This document shows, one piece after another, positions 48,259 to 57,487 of a stretch of 64,000 bases of DNA; position 1 is the first letter of the stretch; each line of letters starts with the position of its first letter. A program made the translations under genes and the position numbers. The notes beneath the pieces are model-generated. The model saw nothing but the letters and a program-made list of their open reading frames with translations. It did not search any database and was not told the origin of the DNA. The stretch comes from a virus: positions 66,564 through 130,563 of the IMG/VR virus record IMGVR_UViG_3300042308_001049, one strand, 5' to 3'.

Positions 48259-49329
48259 ATGGCTTGTTTTGCTAATGAGATTAATATTGTAGTTAATAGC
48301 TCACCCTCACAGTGCGATATTCGTGCTTGGAGAGGAGGTGGGGGTTGTATTAACAACACAGCTTTAGGGGTTTCACAGACTTTAACTTCTAACTCAACAG
48401 GTTATTGCAATACAGCTATTGGATCCTACGCTTTAAGATGTAATACTTCGGGTAATCGTAATACTGCTGCTGGTGTTAGAGCATTAAGAAACAATACAAC
48501 AGGAACCTGCAACACAGCTATAGGATATAAGGCTGGATATTGTATGACTACAGGTAATAATCTTACAGCTATTGGTGCTTTTGCGGCTTATTGTACTACT
48601 GGAAATTGCAACACAGCTATAGGATTTAATGCTGGAAATAGTTTAACAACTGGCACGTGTAATGTCATAATAGGATGTGCCGCAGGTTGTGGTATGTCAG
48701 GGGGATCTTGTAATGTAGCAATTGGGTGGAGAGCTATGAAAGACGCTACTAGTAATAATAATATAGCTATAGGACATCAAGTCGCCCCAGACCTTACCAC
48801 CGGAGCTTGTAATATTTTTGTAGGATATTGTAATGGATCAGGTATTTCAACTACAAACTTTCATATAGGTATAGGACATGGTAGTAGCCCCTCAAAAACT
48901 ACAGGTCACACAGCTTGGGGAAATAGCGCTATTACTTATAATGGTATCGCTTGTGAATGGACTGATATATCAGATTGTAGAGATAAAACTAATATACAAG
49001 ATTTAGATGAAAAATTAGGTTTAGATTTTATTAGATCTTTAGATACTGTTTCTTTTAATTGGGATAATAGAGAAAACTACGTTCAAAAATATGGGTTTGA
49101 ATATGGTCAAAAAGACGGTACCTTAACAAGTCCTAAAAAATCATATGGGTTTATAGCTCAACAAATGAAAGAAGTATTAGATAATTTAAATACTGATTTT
49201 GATGCTTTAAAATATAATGAGGATAAAGATGCTTATAGAATAACATATGCTCATATGATAGCTCCACTTGTAAAGGCAATTCAACAGACCATTCAAAGAA
49301 TAGAAACCTTAGAAACATTAGCAGGATAA
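48259..49329 (+). CDS. Cys-rich fibre/adhesin with S74 chaperone (paralogue 2)
   Basis: CNTAIG repeats; SDCRDKTN...GFIAQQ...LVKAIQQ. Confidence 0.8.
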   Translation: MACFANEINIVVNSSPSQCDIRAWRGGGGCINNTALGVSQTLTSNSTGYCNTAIGSYALRCNTSGNRNTAAGVRALRNNTTGTCNTAIGYKAGYCMTTGNNLTAIGAFAAYCTTGNCNTAIGFNAGNSLTTGTCNVIIGCAAGCGMSGGSCNVAIGWRAMKDATSNNNIAIGHQVAPDLTTGACNIFVGYCNGSGISTTNFHIGIGHGSSPSKTTGHTAWGNSAITYNGIACEWTDISDCRDKTNIQDLDEKLGLDFIRSLDTVSFNWDNRENYVQKYGFEYGQKDGTLTSPKKSYGFIAQQMKEVLDNLNTDFDALKYNEDKDAYRITYAHMIAPLVKAIQQTIQRIETLETLAG

Positions 49330-49330
49330 T

Positions 49331-50353
49331 ATGGCAATTTTACAACAATCTGAAGTTAATGGGCTACGTTTAGGTAGAGGATTTGGAGCTTATGTTAGTA
49401 CAACAGCCTTTGGTAGATGCGCTGGTGGTTCTACTGGTATAGGATATAAAGCAGGCCAACTCAATTCTCCAAGTACTTTTATTGGAGCTTTAGCAGGACA
49501 ATATGTTACCGGAAGTGGTAACACAGCCGCAGGTTTTAGGGCATTGCAAGGTTGTAGTGGTAGTCCTAGTAGTGGAATTTATAATGTAGCTGTGGGATTT
49601 AATGCTTTTAACTGTGCTACTATTGGATGTAACAACGTAATCATAGGTTCATCAGCATTTGAATCAGGATCATCTCAAATTAATAATGTAATATTAGGTT
49701 CAAGCGCTGCTAAAGATAACCCAAGAGATAATGCTGTAGTTATAGGTGTTGAAGCAAGCAGCTGTAACTCAGGTTATAGAGAGGTTGTTATAGGTCATAG
49801 AGCAAATAGAAATGGTACTACAGGTACAAATAATGTAATAATAGGACGATGTGCTGGTTACACTAACACATATGATAATGTTATAATAATCGGAACAGAT
49901 GTTTCAGTTACAGATAATTGTCATGTAGTATGGGGTAATTCTAATAATAATGTTTATAACTGTGTTTGGGGAGGTTGGTCATATTTCTCTGATGCTAGAG
50001 ATAAAACAGACATTGAACCTTTAACATGTAACACTGGAATAAAATTTATTAAAAAACTAAGACCTGTATCGTTTAATTTTGATAACCGAAAAAATTATGT
50101 TGATAAATGTAATTTTACATATGGTCAAAAAGATGGAACATTAGCTGTTGAAAAGAAAGAATATGGTTTTATAGCCCAAGAACTTAAACAAGCCCTTGAA
50201 GAATTAAATATTACTGATTTTTCTGGTTTAAAATATAATGAAGACAAAGATGCTTATCGTTTAGCTTATACTTCTCTTTTAGCTCCTTTAACAAAAGCTA
50301 TTCAAGAATTAGACGAAAGAACACAAGCTTTAAAACTTAAAATTGGAATTTAA
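49331..50353 (+). CDS. Cys-rich fibre/adhesin with S74 chaperone (paralogue 3)
   Basis: NVIIG repeats; SDARDKTD...GFIAQE...LTKAIQE. Confidence 0.8.
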   Translation: MAILQQSEVNGLRLGRGFGAYVSTTAFGRCAGGSTGIGYKAGQLNSPSTFIGALAGQYVTGSGNTAAGFRALQGCSGSPSSGIYNVAVGFNAFNCATIGCNNVIIGSSAFESGSSQINNVILGSSAAKDNPRDNAVVIGVEASSCNSGYREVVIGHRANRNGTTGTNNVIIGRCAGYTNTYDNVIIIGTDVSVTDNCHVVWGNSNNNVYNCVWGGWSYFSDARDKTDIEPLTCNTGIKFIKKLRPVSFNFDNRKNYVDKCNFTYGQKDGTLAVEKKEYGFIAQELKQALEELNITDFSGLKYNEDKDAYRLAYTSLLAPLTKAIQELDERTQALKLKIGI

Positions 50354-50371
50354 TATTTTATTTCGTATATT
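50342..50371 (+). promoter_or_regulatory. Bacteroidota-like promoter ATTG-N20-TATATT heading the modification-enzyme operon
   Basis: Exact 20-nt spacer, as in the other copies. Confidence 0.55.
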
Positions 50372-50389
50372 AATCAAAAACATAATCAC

Positions 50390-50650
50390 ATGTCTGATAA
50401 AATCGCAACTTCTATAACTAATGCTCTCGCGGCTGCTAATCTAATTAATCAATTAGTAACAGGTGTAATTGACCCTACTAATAGTAAATTAGCTAGTGAA
50501 AATATCTTTGAAAGAAAAACCCAAGTTGTTAGAAACATAAGCCATCTTAAAAGACTTATGTCTCAAACATGGTTCACTAATGCTTTAAATATTGATCAAT
50601 TCACAACAATCAACGACGCTATTGTAGCTGGAGAAGAATATACAGGGTAA
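50390..50650 (+). CDS. Small hypothetical protein (possible fibre assembly factor)
   Basis: Follows the fibre genes; helical; no recognised motif. Confidence 0.5.
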   Translation: MSDKIATSITNALAAANLINQLVTGVIDPTNSKLASENIFERKTQVVRNISHLKRLMSQTWFTNALNIDQFTTINDAIVAGEEYTG

Positions 50651-50654
50651 AATT

Positions 50655-51476
50655 ATGGTAAAAAAAGTTATGTATAACAGCTCTATGCCTAGAGCAGGTT
50701 CTACACTCATTCAGAATATTTTAGGTCAAAATCCCGATCTATATGTTACCCCTACATCAGGGGTATTTGAGTTTCTCTATAATTCTAGAGCAACATATTC
50801 AAATAGTCCTGAAGTTAAAGCACAAGATGCTGAACTAATGGAAAAAGCCTGGAAAGGTTATTGTAAAGGAGCTATTTATGGGTATTTTAATAATATCACT
50901 GATAGACCTTATGCAATAGATAAATGTAGAGGGTGGGTTAGTGAATATAATTTCATTAACTTTTATGAAGAAAATCCTAAAATAATCTCTATGATTAGAG
51001 ACCCTAGAGCAGTTTATGCTTCTCTAGAGAAAAAATATAGAGCTAACCCACAACTCGACACAGGAGTTGCTAACTGGGGAAATCTTACAGGAACTACTAC
51101 AGATAAAAGAATAATCCATTGGTCTAATACAGTACCCATTGGTCCTACTATGGATCGTCTTTATCAAGTATTATTAGAAGGTATTCACGAAAATGTTCTT
51201 TTCATCAAATTTGAAAATTTAACAACCAATCCAGATAAAGAACTAAGACGTATCTATGAATATCTAGAACTACCTTATTACAAACATGATTTTAATAATG
51301 TAGAACAAATTACCCATGAAGATGATAAAATTTGGGGAGTATTTGGAGATCATGTTATTAAAAATAAAGTTGCCCCTGTTAAAGAAGACTTTAGAGAAAT
51401 ATTAGGTCCATCAGGTTGTCAATTAATTACAGACAATTATCAATGGTTTTATGAAGCTTTTGAATACAAAATATGA
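50655..51476 (+). CDS. Sulfotransferase family protein
   Basis: SMPRAGSTL 5'-PAPS-binding loop; IRDPRAVYAS 3'-phosphate motif; FENL..NP. Confidence 0.85.
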   Translation: MVKKVMYNSSMPRAGSTLIQNILGQNPDLYVTPTSGVFEFLYNSRATYSNSPEVKAQDAELMEKAWKGYCKGAIYGYFNNITDRPYAIDKCRGWVSEYNFINFYEENPKIISMIRDPRAVYASLEKKYRANPQLDTGVANWGNLTGTTTDKRIIHWSNTVPIGPTMDRLYQVLLEGIHENVLFIKFENLTTNPDKELRRIYEYLELPYYKHDFNNVEQITHEDDKIWGVFGDHVIKNKVAPVKEDFREILGPSGCQLITDNYQWFYEAFEYKI

Positions 51477-52378
51477 AAGTAGGTTATCAAACAAAAGATA
51501 AATATTTAGTTTGGCATATTGAAGGAGGATTAGGTAAAAACATAGCTGCTACAGCTTTAATCTCCTCAATCAAAGAAAAATATTCAGACAGAAAACTAAT
51601 TATGGTAGCTTCCTACCCTGAAGTTTTCATAAATTTTGAAGAAATAGAAAGAGTATACCCAGTAGGAAATACCCCTTACTTTTATCAAAATTATATTGAA
51701 GATAAAGATACACTAGTTTTTAAACAGGAAGGATATTTTCAAAATGGTCACATTTCTAAACAACAACATATTATAGAAAGTTGGTGTCAAATACTAGATT
51801 TAGAATATAAAAATCAAAAACCAGTAATAAGGTTTAATTTAGTTCAAAGGAGAGTACCTAATATTTGGAGACAAGATAAACCTATAATGGTTATTCAAAC
51901 TAATGGGGGACCTCTAGAAGATACTAAACCATATAGTTGGACCAGAGATATGCCTCCCTACATAGCTCTACAGATAATAAATCATTATCTCCCTAATTAC
52001 CATATCTATCAGGTTTGTAGAAATGAATCCCAAGTAATTCCAGGTGCTGTAGGTATATTTGATAAGATAACTAATACTGAACTTATCTCTCTTTTAGCAG
52101 TGTCTGAAAAAAGAGTATTAATTGATTCTTGTTTACAACATGCTGCTGCTGGAATAGGTTTAAAATCTACAGTGTTATGGATAGGTACTTCTCCTAAATT
52201 GTTTGGTTATGATACTCATAGTAATATGGTAGCTTTACCACCTAAGAGAAAACCAAAACTATATAATTCATATTTATTCGATTATTCATTTGATGGTTCT
52301 ATGGATCAATGTCCCTATGATGATGCAGAAGAAATATTTAACTTTAAGGAAATAATTACCACTATAGATAGAACTTAA
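51473..52378 (+). CDS. GT-B glycosyltransferase (GT9/heptosyltransferase-like)
   Basis: GGLGKNIAAT; IDSCLQHAAAG...TVLW..TSP..FGY. Confidence 0.75.
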   Translation: MKVGYQTKDKYLVWHIEGGLGKNIAATALISSIKEKYSDRKLIMVASYPEVFINFEEIERVYPVGNTPYFYQNYIEDKDTLVFKQEGYFQNGHISKQQHIIESWCQILDLEYKNQKPVIRFNLVQRRVPNIWRQDKPIMVIQTNGGPLEDTKPYSWTRDMPPYIALQIINHYLPNYHIYQVCRNESQVIPGAVGIFDKITNTELISLLAVSEKRVLIDSCLQHAAAGIGLKSTVLWIGTSPKLFGYDTHSNMVALPPKRKPKLYNSYLFDYSFDGSMDQCPYDDAEEIFNFKEIITTIDRT

Positions 52379-52379
52379 A

Positions 52380-52970
52380 ATGGAATTAAAACCAGTTTTC
52401 CCAGTACCCACCAATATCAATCAAACTAATTATTATTGGTACCAAGAAGGTCTAAACTCAGAAGATCTAACAAATCTATATAAATTAGCCGCTACTTATC
52501 CTTACACTAAAGGAACTATTGTAGGTAATGATGAAATTGTAGAATCTGTTAGAAAAAGTAAAATTAAATGGATTCACCCAAATGATGACAGTCAATGGCT
52601 TTATGATAAAATCATTAACATGGTTGTTGAAGCTAATAATACTATGTGGAATTTTAACCTCTACTCAGTAATAGATTCAATTCAATACACTGAATATTCT
52701 GAAGGTGGTGGTCATTATGATTGGCATATGGATATTGGTCCTGGTTCAATTAGCCATAGAAAAGTCTCTATTACAATTCAACTTTCAGATCCTAGTGAAT
52801 ATGAAGGTGGAGATTTAGAACTATGGTATGGAGGTAGTATAATACAAATTCCAAAAAATAAAGGTTTAACAGTTTTATTCCCAAGCTTTTCAATGCACCG
52901 AGTAACCCCAATTACTAAAGGTACTAGAAAAAGTTTAGTTTTATGGGTAGGTGGCGAACATTATAAATAA
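52380..52970 (+). CDS. 2OG-Fe(II) oxygenase (prolyl-4-hydroxylase/PKHD-like)
   Basis: HYDWHMD, RKVS, YEGGDL, HRVTPITKGTRKSLVLW. Confidence 0.88.
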   Translation: MELKPVFPVPTNINQTNYYWYQEGLNSEDLTNLYKLAATYPYTKGTIVGNDEIVESVRKSKIKWIHPNDDSQWLYDKIINMVVEANNTMWNFNLYSVIDSIQYTEYSEGGGHYDWHMDIGPGSISHRKVSITIQLSDPSEYEGGDLELWYGGSIIQIPKNKGLTVLFPSFSMHRVTPITKGTRKSLVLWVGGEHYK

Positions 52971-52977
52971 TCTTAAC

Positions 52978-53562
52978 ATGCAAATATCAGCTTTTATAAT
53001 TGATGATTTCTATAGTGATGTAGACGAATTAAGAAAATTCGCCTTGCAACAAGATTTTGGAATTAAAGGAAATTACCCAGGTAATAGAACAAATCCATTC
53101 CTAAATGATTCTATGAAAGAAACTATTGAAAATATAGTATTCCCACATTACGGAAAAGTAACTTATTGGTCAGAAGAACAATATACTGGAGCATTTCAAT
53201 ATACTACATCACGTGATCGTTCTTGGATTCATGCTGATCAAACCACTAAGTGGGCAGGTGTATGTTATTTAACCCCAGATGCTCCTTTAAGTGCTGGTAC
53301 AGCTTTATATAAGCATAAACTAACTGGTTTATCTATGGCTCCTAGAAAAGAAGATGGCAGTTATGATCTTGAATTATTAGCTCTAATTAATAGAGATTCT
53401 CAAGATATGACTAAATGGGAATTAGTAGATAGGTTAGGAAATAAATACAATCGTTTAGTTTTATATCGTGGAGATCACTTCCATATGTCTATGGATTACT
53501 TTGGTCAAGATTTATATGATAGTAGATTATTCCAAACATTTTTCTTTGACACTGAACTTTAA
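52978..53562 (+). CDS. 2OG-Fe(II) oxygenase-like protein (DUF6445-like)
   Basis: IIDDFY, YPG.RT, WIHAD, AGVCYL, NRLVLY...H, RLFQTFF; ATG at 52978. Confidence 0.7.
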   Translation: MQISAFIIDDFYSDVDELRKFALQQDFGIKGNYPGNRTNPFLNDSMKETIENIVFPHYGKVTYWSEEQYTGAFQYTTSRDRSWIHADQTTKWAGVCYLTPDAPLSAGTALYKHKLTGLSMAPRKEDGSYDLELLALINRDSQDMTKWELVDRLGNKYNRLVLYRGDHFHMSMDYFGQDLYDSRLFQTFFFDTEL

Positions 53563-53565
53563 TTT

Positions 53566-54816
53566 ATGTTAGTTGTAAAAAAACCTACAGCTATTCTCTA
53601 TAATTGGTATAAACAAGGTACCTTTGAACTTATCTCAGATGTTTATTTCCAAGAAAATTTAGAAGAAAAAGTTATAGTATATTCATTACCCTATACAGGT
53701 AATGTAGAGAGTGACTTTGCTCTCTATAAACCTGATCTAATCATCCATACTCAGGAAAATATTAACATACCCCATAAATTTTTACAAGCTAGATCTTTTA
53801 AATACTCCCAATACCCAGCTGATAATATTTTAGCTAATGATATTGTGTGTCAATCTACCTTTAGAAACAGTACTAACACACAACCTGTATTCTCAGTATT
53901 TACCCCTACCTATAAAACCAATGAGCGTATTTTAAGAACTTATGAAAGTTTAAAAAATCAAACATTCACAGATTGGGAGTGGGTTGTATTAGATGATTCA
54001 CCTGATGATATAACTTGGGATATTTTACAAGATTTAGCTAAAACTGACTTTAGAGTTAAACCTCATAAACTATACCCTTTAACAGGAGGTAATGTAGGTT
54101 TAGCTAAAAACCGAGTAGCTTCTTTGTGTAATGGTACTTGGTTAGTTGAATTAGACCATGACGATACTTTAATCAGTACATGCCTAGAAGAATGCAATAA
54201 CGCATCTTTACAATTCCCAGACGCAGGTTTTATCTATAGTGACGTTTGTGAGTTATATGAAGATGGTCAAATGAGACATTACGATCATGATTGGTCAGGT
54301 AATTGGTACGCTAGAGAAGACAATTATTTTGATTTTGGTTATGCTGGGCATACTTGGGTTGAGGCCGACAGTAAAATGTATTTAAACCACCATTATCCCG
54401 ATATTAACCCGCTGTCCATCCGTTTTAACATAAGTATGCCGAACCATGTAAGAATGTGGCGTAAAGACGTTTATAACCAAATAGGAGGTCATAGTAAATA
54501 TTTCCCTGTAGCTGATGATTATGAACTTATAGTTAGAACATTTTTACATACTAAAATGATCCATGTTAAAAAGATGCTTTATTTACAATGGAATAATGGT
54601 AATAGCACAGTAGATAATAACGCTAAAGATATTAACAGAAGAGCAAGACTTATACGAGATCACTATGATAAGCAAATCCATGATCGTATATTATTATTAG
54701 GTAAACAAGATTGGAATTGGGACAATGAATTAGGGCGTTCTCAAAAATTCCAAAATAGTGCCCCTATAAGAAAATATTTTGAAGAAGAACAAGTTTTAAA
54801 CTATATATATGAATAA
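53566..54816 (+). CDS. GT2 glycosyltransferase
   Basis: SVFTPTY, QTFTDWEWVVLDD, ELDHDD, ADDYEL. Confidence 0.88.
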   Translation: MLVVKKPTAILYNWYKQGTFELISDVYFQENLEEKVIVYSLPYTGNVESDFALYKPDLIIHTQENINIPHKFLQARSFKYSQYPADNILANDIVCQSTFRNSTNTQPVFSVFTPTYKTNERILRTYESLKNQTFTDWEWVVLDDSPDDITWDILQDLAKTDFRVKPHKLYPLTGGNVGLAKNRVASLCNGTWLVELDHDDTLISTCLEECNNASLQFPDAGFIYSDVCELYEDGQMRHYDHDWSGNWYAREDNYFDFGYAGHTWVEADSKMYLNHHYPDINPLSIRFNISMPNHVRMWRKDVYNQIGGHSKYFPVADDYELIVRTFLHTKMIHVKKMLYLQWNNGNSTVDNNAKDINRRARLIRDHYDKQIHDRILLLGKQDWNWDNELGRSQKFQNSAPIRKYFEEEQVLNYIYE

Positions 54817-55954
54817 AAATAGACCTACTATTGTTTTTGCTACAATGTGCAAAAACGAAGAACACTGTATTTTAGAAACCCTAAAATCAGTTGCCCCTTA
54901 CATTGATCATTGGATCGTATGTGATACAGGTTCCACAGATAAAACTATTTCTATAGTTAAAAAATTCTTTAAAGAAAAAGGTATTCCTGGAAAACTTTAT
55001 CAAGATGAATGGGTAGGCTTTGACTATAATAAAACTTTGATGATTCAAAGAGCTAAAGACAAAGCAGATTACATTATGCACTTAGATGCTGATGACCAGC
55101 TAGTAGGAGAATTTAAATTTTCCCTAGAAGAATCAGGAAAAGACGCTTATCACATCCCAGTTAGAAGAGGTAGTGCTGAATGGAAAGCTTTGATTTTATT
55201 TAAGGGTAATTATACTTGGAAATTTTGTGGTGTAGCTCATACTACTATTAAAGCACTTGAAATCCCATCATACAATAGTGGAGATTTATCCCATTACGGG
55301 TATTACATTTCAGGTGAAGGTATTGGTTCAAGAGCATTTGATCCTAAAAAATATCTATATGATGCTGAACGTCTGCAAAAACAATTCTGGGATACTCTAA
55401 TTTCAGATCCAGACGGGTTAAACAATCGCTCTATATTTTATACAGCTCAAAGCTATATGGATTATGGAATGTATGATGAAGGTTTAAAATGGAATCGTTT
55501 ATATCTTAAAGTAAAAGATACTTGGATTGAAGAGGCATTTGAAGCCCAAATGAGAGTATCTCAATGTCTAATGGCTCTAGGAGCAGATTTAAATGAGATT
55601 ATAGCTGAAATGGATAAAGCTATAGCAATATTCCCTGATAGATCTGAACCATGTGTTCATTTGGGAAGATATTTAAACCAAAAAGGACAACATGAGTTAG
55701 CTTACAAATATCTAAAACAAGCTACTCGTAATAATATAGCTAATATTAAAAGTAAATATGTTTTATTCATTAACCAGTATTGCTACGGTAAATACATTAA
55801 TGATGAATTATCTGTAGCTTGTTTTTGGACTAATAGACTTGAAGAAGGATTTAATTATTTAAAACAAATTATTAATGATCCTGAATTTGAACCTCAACAA
55901 AAAAGACTAAATTCAAACCTTCAACATTTTACTGATAAGTTAAATGGAAACTAA
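54809..55954 (+). CDS. GT2 glycosyltransferase with C-terminal TPR-like helices
   Basis: KNEEHCI, DTGSTDKT, LDADD; helical tail (FYTAQSY...PDRSEP). Confidence 0.85.
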   Translation: MNKNRPTIVFATMCKNEEHCILETLKSVAPYIDHWIVCDTGSTDKTISIVKKFFKEKGIPGKLYQDEWVGFDYNKTLMIQRAKDKADYIMHLDADDQLVGEFKFSLEESGKDAYHIPVRRGSAEWKALILFKGNYTWKFCGVAHTTIKALEIPSYNSGDLSHYGYYISGEGIGSRAFDPKKYLYDAERLQKQFWDTLISDPDGLNNRSIFYTAQSYMDYGMYDEGLKWNRLYLKVKDTWIEEAFEAQMRVSQCLMALGADLNEIIAEMDKAIAIFPDRSEPCVHLGRYLNQKGQHELAYKYLKQATRNNIANIKSKYVLFINQYCYGKYINDELSVACFWTNRLEEGFNYLKQIINDPEFEPQQKRLNSNLQHFTDKLNGN

Positions 55955-57131
55955 GACTTTAATTATAGGAGGAGGCATAACTGGACTTTCAGCTGCCTCC
56001 TTCCTATCTCATCCAGACTATTTAATTTTAGAAAAAGACTCTATACCTGGTGGTTATTGTAAAACCACTATTAGAGGAGATTATACATGGGATTATTCAG
56101 GTCATTTTTTTCATTTTAATAATCCTGAAATTAAAGATTATGTCTTAGAAAATATGGAATCTGAAATGCTTCAGGTCACCAAGATAACAGACATAGATTA
56201 TAAAGGTACTATTATAGATTTTCCTTTTCAATTTAACATCGATCAATTACCTGAAGAAGAATACAAAGAGTGTTTAGCAGATCTAGATAATTTAGGAGAA
56301 GCTGATTTATCTACGTTTAAGTCATTTGTAAGATCTACTCTAGGTAAAGGCATTTGTGATAAGTTTATTATCCCTTACAACGAGAAGTTATATGCCTGTG
56401 ACTTAGATGAGTTAGAGTATGACTCAATGGGTAGATTTTTTCCTAAAAGTAAATCTAAATCATATAACGATACATTCATTTACCCAAAAGGAGGTAGTTA
56501 TGAGTATATTAAGTCGGTTCTTAAAAGATTAGACAGTAACAAGATTCTACTTAATACTGAACTTCTAGAATTAGATTTAGAAAATAAAATAGCTAAAACT
56601 AATAAAGGAGATATTAAATTTGAACAACTAATTAGTACTCTACCTTTTAATAAACTTCACCCCAATCCTAAACTCTCAGCAAACAAAGTAGCTGTGTTCA
56701 ATTTAGGTTTTAATAAAGGATCAGATATTAAAACCCATTGGAGATATTTTCCAGGCAATGAAATATTTTATAGAGTAGGATTTTACAATAACATATTAGG
56801 ACAGGAAAAACTAAGTCTATATGTTGAAATCGGAGCTAACGTAGATCAAAAACTAAACGAATCTGAACTTTTAATGCAAGTTCTCGCTGATTTAGAAGAT
56901 TGTGGTATAATTGAAGATGGTGTACATGAACTAGTTTCTCACCAATTTCTAATCATGAACCCAGCATACGTTCACATAACTAAAGAATCAAAAGAAATCT
57001 ATAATGAATGGTGTCAAAAATATAATCCTAAAGGAATATATTCAATAGGTCGATATGGTTCATGGACTTACTGCTCTATTGAAGATAATATTATAGAAGC
57101 CCAACAAACAGTCAAAATTTTAAACAATTAA
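55944..57131 (+). CDS. FAD-dependent oxidoreductase (UDP-galactopyranose mutase/protoporphyrinogen oxidase-like)
   Basis: IIGGGITG, LEK...GGYC, GHFFH, PYNEKL, YPKGG, GRYGSWTY. Confidence 0.75.
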   Translation: METKTLIIGGGITGLSAASFLSHPDYLILEKDSIPGGYCKTTIRGDYTWDYSGHFFHFNNPEIKDYVLENMESEMLQVTKITDIDYKGTIIDFPFQFNIDQLPEEEYKECLADLDNLGEADLSTFKSFVRSTLGKGICDKFIIPYNEKLYACDLDELEYDSMGRFFPKSKSKSYNDTFIYPKGGSYEYIKSVLKRLDSNKILLNTELLELDLENKIAKTNKGDIKFEQLISTLPFNKLHPNPKLSANKVAVFNLGFNKGSDIKTHWRYFPGNEIFYRVGFYNNILGQEKLSLYVEIGANVDQKLNESELLMQVLADLEDCGIIEDGVHELVSHQFLIMNPAYVHITKESKEIYNEWCQKYNPKGIYSIGRYGSWTYCSIEDNIIEAQQTVKILNN

Positions 57132-57147
57132 CTAATATTTATATCAT

Positions 57148-57396
57148 ATGGAAACAAAAGTTTTAACACAAGAAGAACTTACACAATTAAAAAATCTTCA
57201 AACTAGACAAAATAATCTACTAATGGATTTAGGTTCAATTGAGTATAGAATATCATTACTAGAACAAACAAAAAATGATCTAAAATCTCAAGTATTAGAG
57301 GTTGAAAGACTAAATAATGAATTAGGAGCTCAATTAACTCAAAAATATGGTAATGGAACTCTTAATTTAGAAACTGGAGAAATTACTATAGGATAA
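57148..57396 (+). CDS. Small coiled-coil protein
   Basis: KYGNGTLNLETGE C-terminus; TATTTATA at 57136. Confidence 0.6.
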   Translation: METKVLTQEELTQLKNLQTRQNNLLMDLGSIEYRISLLEQTKNDLKSQVLEVERLNNELGAQLTQKYGNGTLNLETGEITIG

Positions 57397-57487
57397 TATT
57401 CTGTTTGTTTTAAAGTTATATTTAATGGTTATAGTTTTTGGGAGAGATCCTACATATTTATAATAAAACTAAAAATATAACTTTGCA

